Notes: generated by a model from the sequence alone, not told the origin. Numbered from the stretch's first letter, positions 1-10,214 are shown. The stretch: DNA of 64,000 nt from Candidatus Bathyarchaeia archaeon (GCA_050015395.1 JBEKBM010000005.1:1-64000); one strand, 5' to 3'. Program-made: numbers and translations.

Positions 1-20
1 CAGAATGAAGAGGGCTCAAA

Positions 21-737
21 ATGAAAGTTGTCGTCCACTGGAGTGGGGGCAAAGAATGCTGCTTAGCTTACCACAAAGTCATCAAACAGGGACATCAGGT
101 TGCTTATCTTCTCACCTTTGAATACATGAAACCGTATGTTTTCCACAGTTTCCCAGTGATGGAACTCCAATCCAAAACTTTGGGAACTCCGTTGAAGCGG
201 GTTAGAATTAAGAAGGCATATGAGGGCATCCTCAAAGCTCTTACAAAATTACACGATGAAGAGGGCATCGAAGGCATTGTAACCGGCGACATAGTCGGAG
301 CAGGATGCGCCGTTGTCCACTCTAGCTACTACGAGAGTATGTGCAAACAGTTGGGCATGGCTTTCATGATGCCCTTGGAAAACCCTTCAGGAGACACTTA
401 CGATGTGTTGAAAGAAGTGGTTCAGACCGGCTTAAGACCAGTATTAAGCTGTATTAATACCAATTTCTTTGGTGAAGAATGGTTAGGACGCGCAATCGAC
501 ACCACATCCATCAAAGAATTAAAAGACTTAGCAGACGAAAAAGACATTGACGTTTCCAGCGAAGACGGACAAGGTTACCACAGCACAGTTGTCGACGCGC
601 CGCTTTTCAAAGAGTCCATCGGAATTGGCAAATTTAAGAAGAAGACTAAGAAGGAAAAGTCGAAGACCTGGAAAAGAAATTGGCTATACATGGACATCAA
701 AGAAGCATATTTAAAACCCAAAGAAACGCCCAAATGA
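21..737 (+). CDS. DUF71/Dph6-like PP-loop ATPase (diphthine-ammonia ligase family), divergent paralog 1
   Basis: WSGGKEC PP-loop variant, VTGDI, GYHSTVVDAPLFK; close paralog of 4623..5366. Confidence 0.85.
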   Translation: MKVVVHWSGGKECCLAYHKVIKQGHQVAYLLTFEYMKPYVFHSFPVMELQSKTLGTPLKRVRIKKAYEGILKALTKLHDEEGIEGIVTGDIVGAGCAVVHSSYYESMCKQLGMAFMMPLENPSGDTYDVLKEVVQTGLRPVLSCINTNFFGEEWLGRAIDTTSIKELKDLADEKDIDVSSEDGQGYHSTVVDAPLFKESIGIGKFKKKTKKEKSKTWKRNWLYMDIKEAYLKPKETPK

Positions 738-889
738 CAAGCAAACGAAGATTCCTCATTATTAATTCCTAACTTTTTACCGTTATTTCTGGTAATTTGT
801 GTAGTTTACAAAAAATCTAATTTTTGCATAAAGTAAATGAACCTGAACGCGCTTAAAGGGTACAAAACTCTATTGTTTCAGGGAAGAAC

Positions 890-2302
890 ATGAAAACTCG
901 CGTAACCCTTGTGAATCCACCCTACCCTGTCGGTTCCCATCAGCATCCACCTTTTATGCCCTTAGGCATCGGGTACTTAGGTGCGGTGTTGTACAAGAAT
1001 CATTTTGAAGTTAACGTGATTGATTGCCAAGCGCAAAAACTCACTCACAAACAGTTCAGAGAAGAAATTGGTAAAGTCCAACCTGACATAGTTGGAGTCA
1101 CCTCTACCACTCTTACCTACAAGTCTGCCCTTCGAATAGTAAAAATATGCAAGGAAGTTTGGCCAAACTGCATAACTGCAATCGGAGGTCCGCATGTTAC
1201 CTTCTGGGATGACAAGGCATTGCAAGAAGAGCCGTCGTTAGATGTTGTTGTCAGGGGAGAGGGCGAAAACACCATGCTGGAGCTTGCACAGAGAGTGGAG
1301 AAAGATCAAGCTTTCCATGACCTTGTAGGCACTACTTGCAGGAAGGGCACAGAAATCATAAAGAACCCTGATAGGCCTTTCTTGGAAGACCTCGACAGCT
1401 TGCCTTATCCAGCGCTTCACCTTTGGCAGCATACGGAGAATCTGCGGAAGTACGGAACGATACCTTATCCCGTGATGACTAGTCGAGGCTGCGTGTACTG
1501 GTGCAACTTCTGCACAGCCGTCCGCATGTTCGGCAGAAGATACCGCATGCGCAGTCCAAAAAGTGTAGTTGACGAGTTGGAGTTTCTCCACAGAAACTAC
1601 TATGCAAACCAATTCACGTTCTACGATGATGCATTCACGGTGGATCAAGCCCGAACCGCGCAGATATGTGAGGAAATTCAGCGGAGAGGACTAAGAATCA
1701 AGTGGGATTGTGAAACCCGAGTAGACATGGTAACCAAAGAACTCCTTGTCAAAATGAGGGAGACAGGTTGCATAGCCGTTTGGTTCGGCGTCGAATCAGG
1801 TTCAAAGAAAGTTTTAAACAGCATGGGGAAAGGCTTCTCACTTACTCAAACAAGAAGAGCATTCAAGTGGGCAAAAGAAGCAGGATTGATGACGGTTGCA
1901 GGTGTCATTTTGGGTTTTCCTGGCGAAACAAAAGAGAGCGCTTGGGAAACAATTAGGTTTGTGAAGGAACTTAACCCTAATGATGTAGGATTCTACATAG
2001 CCACACCTTACCCTGGAACACCGATGTACGAAGAGGTCAAAGCCAATGGGTCCCTAAAGATAACTGATTTCGACAAATATGACACTGCTACACCAACCTT
2101 TGGGATTCCAAACATGACCATGCAAGAACTCACCGAAATTAGGGAACAAGCATTCCAAAGCTTCTACCTTAGCCCAGCCTACTTCGTCAGCGCGTTGGGC
2201 ATGTTTAAGCAAGGAAAAATGTGGGGTCTAGGCGCAACCCGCCTCATACTGGCTCATGCACGAAGGGCAATCAGGGCAAAGGCAAACAGCATAATGAAGT
2301 AG
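890..2302 (+). CDS. B12-binding domain radical SAM protein (class B, methyltransferase-like)
   Basis: PLGIGYLGAVL and GGPHVT B12-binding domain; TSRGCVYWCNFC; FYDDAF; GVESGS; TPYPGT. Confidence 0.9.
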   Translation: MKTRVTLVNPPYPVGSHQHPPFMPLGIGYLGAVLYKNHFEVNVIDCQAQKLTHKQFREEIGKVQPDIVGVTSTTLTYKSALRIVKICKEVWPNCITAIGGPHVTFWDDKALQEEPSLDVVVRGEGENTMLELAQRVEKDQAFHDLVGTTCRKGTEIIKNPDRPFLEDLDSLPYPALHLWQHTENLRKYGTIPYPVMTSRGCVYWCNFCTAVRMFGRRYRMRSPKSVVDELEFLHRNYYANQFTFYDDAFTVDQARTAQICEEIQRRGLRIKWDCETRVDMVTKELLVKMRETGCIAVWFGVESGSKKVLNSMGKGFSLTQTRRAFKWAKEAGLMTVAGVILGFPGETKESAWETIRFVKELNPNDVGFYIATPYPGTPMYEEVKANGSLKITDFDKYDTATPTFGIPNMTMQELTEIREQAFQSFYLSPAYFVSALGMFKQGKMWGLGATRLILAHARRAIRAKANSIMK

Positions 2303-2331
2303 AAAAACGGCAAAATGGAGAAAGCCCAAAA

Positions 2332-3702
2332 TTGATTTTACTAATGACCACTGCCCCACCCTTAAAATCGCCTTGGGGCATGGCGGGAAAGCTTCCTCCA
2401 TTGGGCTTAGCGTATGTTGCTGCCGCTTTAGAAAAGGCTGGTTTCCAAGTAGACATTTTTGATAATTACCTGCTGGAGCGGCCAATAGAAGAAGTAAAAT
2501 CGGAAGTGAAGAAGCGCTCGCCAGAAATAGTAGGCATAACCTGTAGCTCATTGACTTACGAGCGGTGTATCAAAACAGCCAAAGCAGTCAAAGAAGCATA
2601 CCCATCCTGTAAAGTCGTAGTGGGAGGTCCTCATCCATCGTACATGCCCCAAACCATGCTGCAGCACGAAGAGATAGATTACGTGGTTATTGGCGAGGGA
2701 GAGCAGGCAATGGTGAAACTTGCCGCCAGCATCATGAAAGGCGAAGAAAACGCGGTGATTGCCAAAATTCCAGGCGTTGCATGCAGGATAGGCGGTGAGG
2801 TGGTGAAGAGTGCGCCTGAATTCATCAACGATTTGGATCAGGTTCCCTTTCCAGCGCGTCATCTGCTGCCGATGCAAATGTACGACCGTGCACTAAGCTA
2901 TTTGAGTGTTAAACCAGTCGATACCATGAGCATACTGCGTGGCTGCCCATACAATTGCGCGTACTGCGAAACTAGAGAATTATGGGGAACCACATGTCGA
3001 GCCTTCTCCCCACAAAGAGTCATAGACGAAATAAAGCATATGGTTGAAAACTATGGTTCAAAGGGAATCTACTTCGTCGGCGACAACTTCACCATAAACA
3101 AAAAACGTGCTGCTGACCTGTGCAGACTAATCAGAAATAACAAAATAGACGTCAAATGGACATGCGAAACCAGAGCTGACCTTATCTCCAAAGAGTTGCT
3201 TGTTGAAATGAAATCTGCTGGTTGCCAAACCATATTCTTTGGAGTAGAATCCGGTTCACCCACAATCCAGCAAAAACTGGAGAAAAAGATCGATTTGCAT
3301 GAAGTCGAGCGTACTTTTGAGCTTTGCAGGCAAGTGGGAATACGAACGGCCACTTCTTTCATGCTGGGCATCCCTGGCGAAACAGTCAACGACATGAAAG
3401 CCACATTTAAGTTTGCGAAGCATCTAAACGCTGACTGGTGTCAATTCAACATTTATGTGGCGTGCCCGGGCAGCAGACTGTACGATGAAGTGATGAGCCA
3501 AGGCTTGTACGATCAGATGGATAACTATTTGGCAAGGGTCAAAACCAAAGAATTCGATTACGACATGCTCGTCAAGATTCAGCGGGATTTCCAGCGTGGC
3601 TGCCAGAAGTCGGCGGCGTCTAAGCTGATTCGCGTAATTAAGCAGGAAGGCTTAGGCAGCGCAGTTAAGAAAGGTGCTTCGTTGGTTTTCCACCGCAGTT
3701 AA
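2332..3702 (+). CDS. B12-binding domain radical SAM protein (class B), paralog 2
   Basis: PPLGLAYVAAAL, GGPHPS, RGCPYNCAYC, GVESGS. ORF is open from 2221; start more likely TTG 2332 or ATG 2344. Confidence 0.88.
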   Translation: MILLMTTAPPLKSPWGMAGKLPPLGLAYVAAALEKAGFQVDIFDNYLLERPIEEVKSEVKKRSPEIVGITCSSLTYERCIKTAKAVKEAYPSCKVVVGGPHPSYMPQTMLQHEEIDYVVIGEGEQAMVKLAASIMKGEENAVIAKIPGVACRIGGEVVKSAPEFINDLDQVPFPARHLLPMQMYDRALSYLSVKPVDTMSILRGCPYNCAYCETRELWGTTCRAFSPQRVIDEIKHMVENYGSKGIYFVGDNFTINKKRAADLCRLIRNNKIDVKWTCETRADLISKELLVEMKSAGCQTIFFGVESGSPTIQQKLEKKIDLHEVERTFELCRQVGIRTATSFMLGIPGETVNDMKATFKFAKHLNADWCQFNIYVACPGSRLYDEVMSQGLYDQMDNYLARVKTKEFDYDMLVKIQRDFQRGCQKSAASKLIRVIKQEGLGSAVKKGASLVFHRS

Positions 3703-3936
3703 GCTGCAATTGGGTTTATGTTGAAGTTACACTGTAATGGGTTTGAGTTTATTGTGCAAAGTTTGGTAACTAAAAATTAACTATAGCCCTGCAGACTTTA
3801 GGCTGCGACTAACCGTTCTGCAATAGTTGTGGCTATTTGGGGTCGTCAAATTTTTTTGTCCAACTGGTCTTGTGTTTGTGCCTAGTCTCCTTCCCAAGTC
3901 TGCTTTGGTGCAAAAAATTTGAGCTTAACCGCCTTT

Positions 3937-4038
3937 GTTTTAAGCTTGTTTTATTGAACAGGGCTTGGTTTTGGCTGTTCTTGCCTATCACGCAAGTACA
4001 TCGTTACTAGTCACGCAACTACATAGTTACCCGTCACT
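3937..4038. repeat. Dispersed ~100-bp element, copy 1 (two 23-nt tandem units + TCAC)
   Basis: Ungapped match to 47054..47155 (73/102 by hand count); units at 3988-4010 and 4011-4033. Confidence 0.8.
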
Positions 4039-4214
4039 GAAGCAAAATAGGTCCAAACAGGCTTTCGATCCTCTGAACTGGAAACAATTTTAACCAAAAC
4101 AAAAAGAAAACTATAGTCCAATTTTAAGAATGCTGAGCGGTTCATCCTTGAGTGTACGATTAATTTTTTAAGTAAGCCCTTGAATGTTGGTTATGGGCGA
4201 TCATTTTTTAAACC

Positions 4215-4511
4215 TTAAATTGGCACGTTGATTGTTTTTAGAATGTTGCGGTAAGCCTCGAGCGGCGTTTCCTTGTCGCTTACGTTTTTAATCAGCATGC
4301 GTCCCCCGTCAAAGAGGCTTATGTCCAGCTTCATGTAATCAAACATTAAGACCATTTGAGACTTAACGCGGATCTTGAAGTGCTGTTTCTTGATTTTTTC
4401 GCATGCGTCGTTCATGTTGAACTTTAACGGTTGCGCTGGAGTTATGTCTGCAGTTGTTCCTCCGCAGAGCCAAACAACGTTTAGGTTACCAACAACTTCC
4501 TTTTCCGTCAA
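4215..4511 (-). CDS. Small protein resembling the C-terminal domain of ThiF/MoeB-family proteins
   Basis: LCGG..., ISLFDGGRMLIKNVSD...AY pattern; no adenylation domain upstream. Confidence 0.5.
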   Translation of the reverse strand: MTEKEVVGNLNVVWLCGGTTADITPAQPLKFNMNDACEKIKKQHFKIRVKSQMVLMFDYMKLDISLFDGGRMLIKNVSDKETPLEAYRNILKTINVPI

Positions 4512-4622
4512 CCAGCTTCAACTCCAACCTTTGTATTGGTTTAGGCGTATACTTGCTTTATCAACATTGCCATAAAACACCTAACCGCGGCTAATCCGTG
4601 GCAGACGGTAATCTCAAGTTTC

Positions 4623-5366
4623 TTAGGCTGGGCTGGGATTTTTGGGTTTAAGAACTGCTTCTTCAATGTCCATGTAGAGAAAGTCTCCTTCTCGGTAGGG
4701 TGAACCGCCAAAGTCGACGACTCGGCTTTTCTTTGTGAACTTGGTGATTTCAATGCGTTCTTTGAATAGCGGTGCATCAAGCGATGTCGAGTGATATTCT
4801 CCAGGTTCTCCTGAAACGTCTATTCCTTTACCGGGCGGACCAACTAGGGGTTTCATGTCTTCGATGCATTTTCTGTCTATTTGTCGCCCTAGCCATTGTT
4901 CGGTGAAGTATCTTTGGTCGATGCAGCTGAGGATTGCTTTTACTCCGGTTGACTGTTCCATTTCCATGATTCGTTTTCGGTGGCGATTGCCTGGGATGAG
5001 GTTGAGTGGTCTATCCCACAGCGGCATTAGGAGTTTGACGTTTAGTTTTTTGCAGGCGTCTTTCCATACCCGTCGGTGATGCACGTTGTCAATGTCGCCT
5101 GTTACGATGGCTTCAACGCCTTGCTCTTTATGGAGCCTTTCCAGTGTTCCCATGATGTCGTCATAGCGGTTGTCCGTAATTTTCACAAACTGGTGAGGAA
5201 CGCCCAGAGCCTTGGCTTGTAGCTCTATTACTTTAAAACTGTGGAAAACGTAGGGTTCCATATAGATGTACGTGACGAGGCATGCTATTTCGTGACCCTG
5301 CTCTACCACCTTGTGAAGTGCTGTGCAGCAATCTTTTCCTCCGCTCCAGTGGACAACCACTTTCAT
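4623..5366 (-). CDS. DUF71/Dph6-like PP-loop ATPase, paralog 2
   Basis: WSGGKDC, VTGDID, GEPGEYHS..DAPLFK. Confidence 0.87.
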   Translation of the reverse strand: MKVVVHWSGGKDCCTALHKVVEQGHEIACLVTYIYMEPYVFHSFKVIELQAKALGVPHQFVKITDNRYDDIMGTLERLHKEQGVEAIVTGDIDNVHHRRVWKDACKKLNVKLLMPLWDRPLNLIPGNRHRKRIMEMEQSTGVKAILSCIDQRYFTEQWLGRQIDRKCIEDMKPLVGPPGKGIDVSGEPGEYHSTSLDAPLFKERIEITKFTKKSRVVDFGGSPYREGDFLYMDIEEAVLKPKNPSPA

Positions 5367-5515
5367 TTTACTTCAACATCCATGTCTATTTTGGACCTGT
5401 TGGATGATGGATAAACACATGAACTTATAAGCGTTTACGGAAACCTAACAGGGCACTGCAATTATCTGCTCAAAGAATTCTCATCTATTTGGGTCGCCCG
5501 CGTAAAATTTAGGTC

Positions 5516-6601
5516 TCAGCATTTTTCAAGAATTTCTTTTAATGTTTCTGCGAGTTTTTGGTTGTCTTCAGCTGATCTGACTGTGATTCTGAAGTAACTG
5601 TCGTCTAAGCCTACGAAGGTGCAGCAGTCGCGGATTAGGATGTTTTCTTTAGCCAGCATTTCCTTTAGTTTTGTGGACGTGATTTTTCGGTTGAGAATTT
5701 TTACAAGCACAAAGTTTGTTACTGACGGGTAAACGTGTAAGCCTTCGATTTCGTTTAGGTTTTTGGTAAGCTGCGCTCTTTCCTTGGCGATTGTTTGTTT
5801 AGTGTTTTGGATGAATTCCGTGTCGTTAAACGCTGCAAGCGTCGCTACGCCTGCCAAACCGTTAATACTCCATGGCAGCCTAACCGTCTCAAGCTTATCT
5901 ATGAGATTTCGTGCTGCTATGCCGTAGCCTAAGCGTATGCCTGGCATGCCGTAGAATTTTGTAACCGACCTGATCACAAAGAGGTTCTCGTACTCCTTCA
6001 CCATACCAGCCAACGTGGTCTCTTGCCCTTTATCCGCAAACTCAATATAGTTCTCGTCTACGCTGAAGATTATGTCTTTTTTATGGCAGAACTCAACAAG
6101 ATCCAAAACCGCTTCCTTACTGTACAAAGTTCCTGAGGGACTGTGAGGGTTGCAAATACACATTATTTTAGTGTCGCCAGTTACCGCCTTCTTAATTTTC
6201 TCTGTTTCTAACGCAAAATTTTGGGGCAACTGAACAAACACTGGCTTGCTGCCAACTCTCAAAGCCGCTTTCTCATACTCTGAGAACGAAGGTACAGGAA
6301 TAACCGCGTTAAAGCCACGGGGTAAAATTTCAGTAATCGCGTAAATTAGCTCAATTGAGCCGTTGCCTAAAATGATGTTTTCTTCTTCAACGCCGTGCCC
6401 CACGTACTTGGCAACTTCTGCTTTAAACTCAACAGGGTTAGGGTCAGGATAAAACCTAATCAAATTAGCGTACTGCTTAACAGCTTCAACAGCTTTAGGC
6501 GAAGGACCAAGAAAATTGATTGGCCCGCTGAACTCAAACACTTCTTCAAGGGGAACATTGTATTTTCGGATAAAACCCCAAATGTCTCCGCCATGGCTCA
6601 C
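5516..6601 (-). CDS. cobD: L-threonine-O-3-phosphate decarboxylase (PLP class I/II)
   Basis: N-terminal HGGD, FS.PIN.LG, YPDP, GNGS.ELI, RSVTKFYGMPGIRLGY; cobamide gene context. Confidence 0.8.
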   Translation of the reverse strand: MSHGGDIWGFIRKYNVPLEEVFEFSGPINFLGPSPKAVEAVKQYANLIRFYPDPNPVEFKAEVAKYVGHGVEEENIILGNGSIELIYAITEILPRGFNAVIPVPSFSEYEKAALRVGSKPVFVQLPQNFALETEKIKKAVTGDTKIMCICNPHSPSGTLYSKEAVLDLVEFCHKKDIIFSVDENYIEFADKGQETTLAGMVKEYENLFVIRSVTKFYGMPGIRLGYGIAARNLIDKLETVRLPWSINGLAGVATLAAFNDTEFIQNTKQTIAKERAQLTKNLNEIEGLHVYPSVTNFVLVKILNRKITSTKLKEMLAKENILIRDCCTFVGLDDSYFRITVRSAEDNQKLAETLKEILEKC

Positions 6602-6614
6602 AAACCTGCGTTCC

Positions 6615-7172
6615 TTACACGTATCCGACAGCTTTCTCTTCCTCCATTAGCCTACCTACTTCTTTTTCAACTTGCAACTGAGCTTTAAAGTGAGCGTTAT
6701 ACAAGTTAACAACCTTGTATAGCCAGTAAACTACCCCAACGCCCAACGTAACAATGGTAATCAAAACATAAGTTTTTATCGGTATCGTCTGGGTCATAAA
6801 CATCCGTTCTGGAAAAGCACTCGCAAGAAACTCGTCCTGATTTCGTTCATGCACCAATAAATCCATAGACAAAAGGTAAAGAATGACAAAAACTGGAACA
6901 ACTAAAACGATGCTGGCAGCCCACGCCTTTGCATTCCTCTCTGCAAAGCGTTCGCTTGTAGCAGGCGGCGGCTCTTTCCCATTGCTCTTCAAATAAGCAT
7001 TAATCTGCTTCTCTAGATCAGCCTCACGCTGAAAATGCCTATTCCTGCCCTCAATCAGGCGGTAGAACATGGGGAAAAACGCCAACCCGAAAGTAACAAT
7101 CGCAGCCAAAAACCACATGGAAAACCATATTTTCCTGTTAGCGTCAACTTTACTGTTCATAGCGGTTTCCAT
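6615..7172 (-). CDS. Membrane protein (DUF4234-like, two LGxxxxYW-type hairpin repeats)
   Basis: Hydrophobic segments IVTFGLAFF...HF and IVTLGVGVVYWLYK...HF; 13 bp upstream of cobD. Confidence 0.55.
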   Translation of the reverse strand: METAMNSKVDANRKIWFSMWFLAAIVTFGLAFFPMFYRLIEGRNRHFQREADLEKQINAYLKSNGKEPPPATSERFAERNAKAWAASIVLVVPVFVILYLLSMDLLVHERNQDEFLASAFPERMFMTQTIPIKTYVLITIVTLGVGVVYWLYKVVNLYNAHFKAQLQVEKEVGRLMEEEKAVGYV

Positions 7173-7255
7173 CTAAGTCAAACTACCCATTCAACTGCTT
7201 ACAAAGTTGGGGTAGCCAAACTTTATAAGTTCTTCCATTGGCATCTAAAGATAAA

Positions 7256-7954
7256 ATGAGCCGAAAGGAAATGTTGCTTTCCGTAATAATTCCCGTTTAC
7301 AACGAGGAATTAACCATAGGCAACATAATCGACCGCGTAAAAGCGGTGGTGCAGCAAACAGGCTTAAAAAACGAAATAATCATTGTGGACGACCACTCAT
7401 ACGACAAATCGCTTCAAGTAGCCAAAGCTCACAGCATCAAACTCTACACTTTAAAACAGCACTTGGGCAAAGGCTTTGCACTGCGAGCAGGGTTTGCCAA
7501 AGCAAAAGGCGACATAATAGTCACCATTGACTCAGACGGCTCACATCGACCAGAAGAACTTCCCGAAGTGTTGGAGCCAGTTCTGCAAGACAAAGCTGAT
7601 CTCGTTATAGGTTCAAGATACCTAAACCACAAACGAGTAGCTTCAAGGCGCCTAAACGCTTTCGGCGTTAGACTCTTCAACTATTTTATCCAGTTACTAA
7701 CCGACGTCGTCATTACTGATTCCCAGTCAGGTTACCGAGCCATGAAACGTGAAGTGCTGAAAAGCCAAAAGCTAAAGTCAGGCGAATACGAAATAGAATC
7801 AGAAATGCTCGTCAAAACAGCCAAAAAAAAATTCCGAATCGCTGAGGTGCCGATAAGTTTTGAGCAGCGAACCTACGGCAGGTCAGGAGTTGACCCAATG
7901 GTTGACGGATTCAAAATTCTCTTATCGATAGTTTCAGCGTACATGAAGGGTTAA
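7256..7954 (+). CDS. Glycosyltransferase family 2 (Dol-P-Man synthase-like)
   Basis: SVIIPVYNEE, VDDHS.D, DSDGSH, DSQSGYRA; ORF open from 7238. Confidence 0.9.
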   Translation: MSRKEMLLSVIIPVYNEELTIGNIIDRVKAVVQQTGLKNEIIIVDDHSYDKSLQVAKAHSIKLYTLKQHLGKGFALRAGFAKAKGDIIVTIDSDGSHRPEELPEVLEPVLQDKADLVIGSRYLNHKRVASRRLNAFGVRLFNYFIQLLTDVVITDSQSGYRAMKREVLKSQKLKSGEYEIESEMLVKTAKKKFRIAEVPISFEQRTYGRSGVDPMVDGFKILLSIVSAYMKG

Positions 7955-7959
7955 GCAAG

Positions 7960-8964
7960 TTGGCTGGCAACGTGTATCCTAAAGTTTCAATCATAGTTGC
8001 AGCCTACAATAATGAGCAAACAATCGAGGAATGTCTCAAATCAATTCTGGCGCTGGATTATCCCGCAGGCTTCATTGAAGCTATCGTCATGGACGGCGGC
8101 TCAAAAGACACCACTGTCAAAATAGCAGAAAATTTCCCTGTCAAAGTTGTTTCCATTCGATTAAACGCTCCAGCAGCCTACAATTACGCCCTGAAAATTG
8201 CCACGCACTCGGTTTTGGGCTTCATAGATGCAGATGCTAAAGTGGAATCGCAATGGCTAAGAAAGCTTGTACTTCACTTGGAAGAGCCTAAAGTGGCAGG
8301 AGTCAGCGGCAGCATAGAAACTTGGAATGCCCAAAACCCGTGGGCAAAAAGCATCGGTTACGAACTTAAAAACCGCTACAGCCGCATAGGAAAATACACA
8401 AGCCGCATAGCCACCATGAATCTGCTGCTGAAAAAAGAGGTTATCGAAGAGGCTGGCGGATGGGATGAAAACTTGCCAAGCCAATATGACACAGACTTAG
8501 GCTTCAGAATAAGCGCTAAAGGTTACAAAATCGCTTACGAACCAAACGCCATCTGCTACCACTACAACAGGCCGACAGTTCGAGCTTATTACAGGCAGCA
8601 GTTGCAATACGGAAAAAACACTTTAAAACTATACTTTAAACATGGACGCTTGGCCAAAGGTGATGAAATCACGGATTTTGGCATGAACATTCAGCCAGTA
8701 CTGCTCTTAGCTGTCATTGCGTTTTTCCTTCTGGGAATCATAGAAGTGCTTAGACCCTTGTGGTACATTTCAGGCTTAATTTTAGTCTTAATGCTTGTTT
8801 ACTTCGTTTACTCCGCCGCCAAAATTGCCGTTAAGTTCCATGATAAGGTAGCTTTGCGGTTGGTCGTGCTATATTTTGTGAGAGCGTTCGCTTGGTTTGT
8901 CGGCGCAATAATAACCACCATCAACTACGCTAGAGGCAAAGGGAGGAAAACGCCCAATGTGTAG
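7960..8964 (+). CDS. Glycosyltransferase family 2 with C-terminal TM helices
   Basis: SIIVAAYNNE, DGGSKD, FIDAD, GGWDE, RQQLQY; hydrophobic C-terminus. Confidence 0.9.
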   Translation: MAGNVYPKVSIIVAAYNNEQTIEECLKSILALDYPAGFIEAIVMDGGSKDTTVKIAENFPVKVVSIRLNAPAAYNYALKIATHSVLGFIDADAKVESQWLRKLVLHLEEPKVAGVSGSIETWNAQNPWAKSIGYELKNRYSRIGKYTSRIATMNLLLKKEVIEEAGGWDENLPSQYDTDLGFRISAKGYKIAYEPNAICYHYNRPTVRAYYRQQLQYGKNTLKLYFKHGRLAKGDEITDFGMNIQPVLLLAVIAFFLLGIIEVLRPLWYISGLILVLMLVYFVYSAAKIAVKFHDKVALRLVVLYFVRAFAWFVGAIITTINYARGKGRKTPNV

Positions 8965-10150
8965 GGTATGCTTCGTCTCGCCTGAGTATTGGCCCCTGTC
9001 TGGTGGAACAGGCGCCTACGTTTACTATCTATCAAACGAGCTTATAAAAAACGGTTATAAAATCTACGTAGTCACAGGCTCCGACCAAACATTAGACATC
9101 AAAGTCAACGAGCAATTAAAGGTGTTTTTCCTAAAAATCCCAAAAGCGCCTGTCATAAAATCGTTTATGCTTGCAGCCTCCAGCTACCGCAAACTAAACA
9201 GCGTCCGCGAAAGGGTTAACGTAGATATTACGCACGCTAACTTGCCGTTAACTCCGAACTTTGCAGTGCCGCCGAACTTTGGAAAAACGCTTGTTTGCAC
9301 CGTTCACTCAACATGGAAGGGTGAAGCACAAGCCATACGGGGCGAACCCTACAGCAGGCTTAACGCTAACGAGAAGTTTATGGTTAGCTTCAACTGGTTT
9401 TTGCGGATTTTTGAGGAAAAAATGCTTGAGCGAGCAAACAAGATAATTGCGGTGAGTCATTTCACGAAGCGCGAGTTGCTTGAATACTACAAGGTGCCTG
9501 AAAAAAAAATCCGCGTTATCCATAATGGGGTTGATGTAAACAAGTTCAAGCCCGCAAAAGATAAGCGCAAAATCAAGGAGGAGCTTGGCTTTAAAGGTGA
9601 TGATTTAGCTATAGTGTCGGTGGGCAGGCTCTATGCACGCAAAGGCTTGTTTACGCTTATCGAAAGCATGCCCGCAGTCGTTAAGCGCTTTAAAAACGCG
9701 AAATTCATAATTTCAGGCAAAGGGCAAAGTGACGAAATGCGTAAGCTTGTCAATTATGCTGATAGAATTGGGGTAAAAGGTAGCATAATTTTCACGGGTT
9801 ACTATCCAGACAAAAAACTGCCCAAACTCTACCAAGCTGCGGATGTGTTTGCGTTTTCCACGTTCTATGAGCACCATCCTTTCGCTGTTCTCGAAGCTCT
9901 TTCAACCGGCTTGCCCGTAGTAACAACCAGAGTGGGCGGAATTCCAGAAACAATTGAAAGCGGGAAAAACGGGTTCTTAGTTGAGCCGTTCAATCCAAAA
10001 CAATTCGCCGATAGGATACTGTATTTGCTAGAACACCCAGCTGAAGCTTCGGAAATGGGGTCTCTTGCCCGAAAAACTATCCTAGAACGCTTTGATTGGC
10101 GCATAGTCGTCAAGGACGTGCTCAAAGTCTACGATGAAGCCTTAAAGTGA
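8957..10150 (+). CDS. Glycosyltransferase family 4
   Basis: GG.G.Y, IHNGVD, VGRL...KG, E.HPFAVLEALSTGLPVV. Confidence 0.92.
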   Translation: MCRVCFVSPEYWPLSGGTGAYVYYLSNELIKNGYKIYVVTGSDQTLDIKVNEQLKVFFLKIPKAPVIKSFMLAASSYRKLNSVRERVNVDITHANLPLTPNFAVPPNFGKTLVCTVHSTWKGEAQAIRGEPYSRLNANEKFMVSFNWFLRIFEEKMLERANKIIAVSHFTKRELLEYYKVPEKKIRVIHNGVDVNKFKPAKDKRKIKEELGFKGDDLAIVSVGRLYARKGLFTLIESMPAVVKRFKNAKFIISGKGQSDEMRKLVNYADRIGVKGSIIFTGYYPDKKLPKLYQAADVFAFSTFYEHHPFAVLEALSTGLPVVTTRVGGIPETIESGKNGFLVEPFNPKQFADRILYLLEHPAEASEMGSLARKTILERFDWRIVVKDVLKVYDEALK

Positions 10151-10214
10151 CTTGCTCCTACCTATTCATAACATTGGAAGACTTTTCCGTTTCTTTTTCT
10201 TCATTTGTCTAGGA

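Noticed and set aside
3988-4037. 23-nt tandem units as a mini-CRISPR
   Set aside because: The units are contiguous with no spacers, and there are no cas genes.
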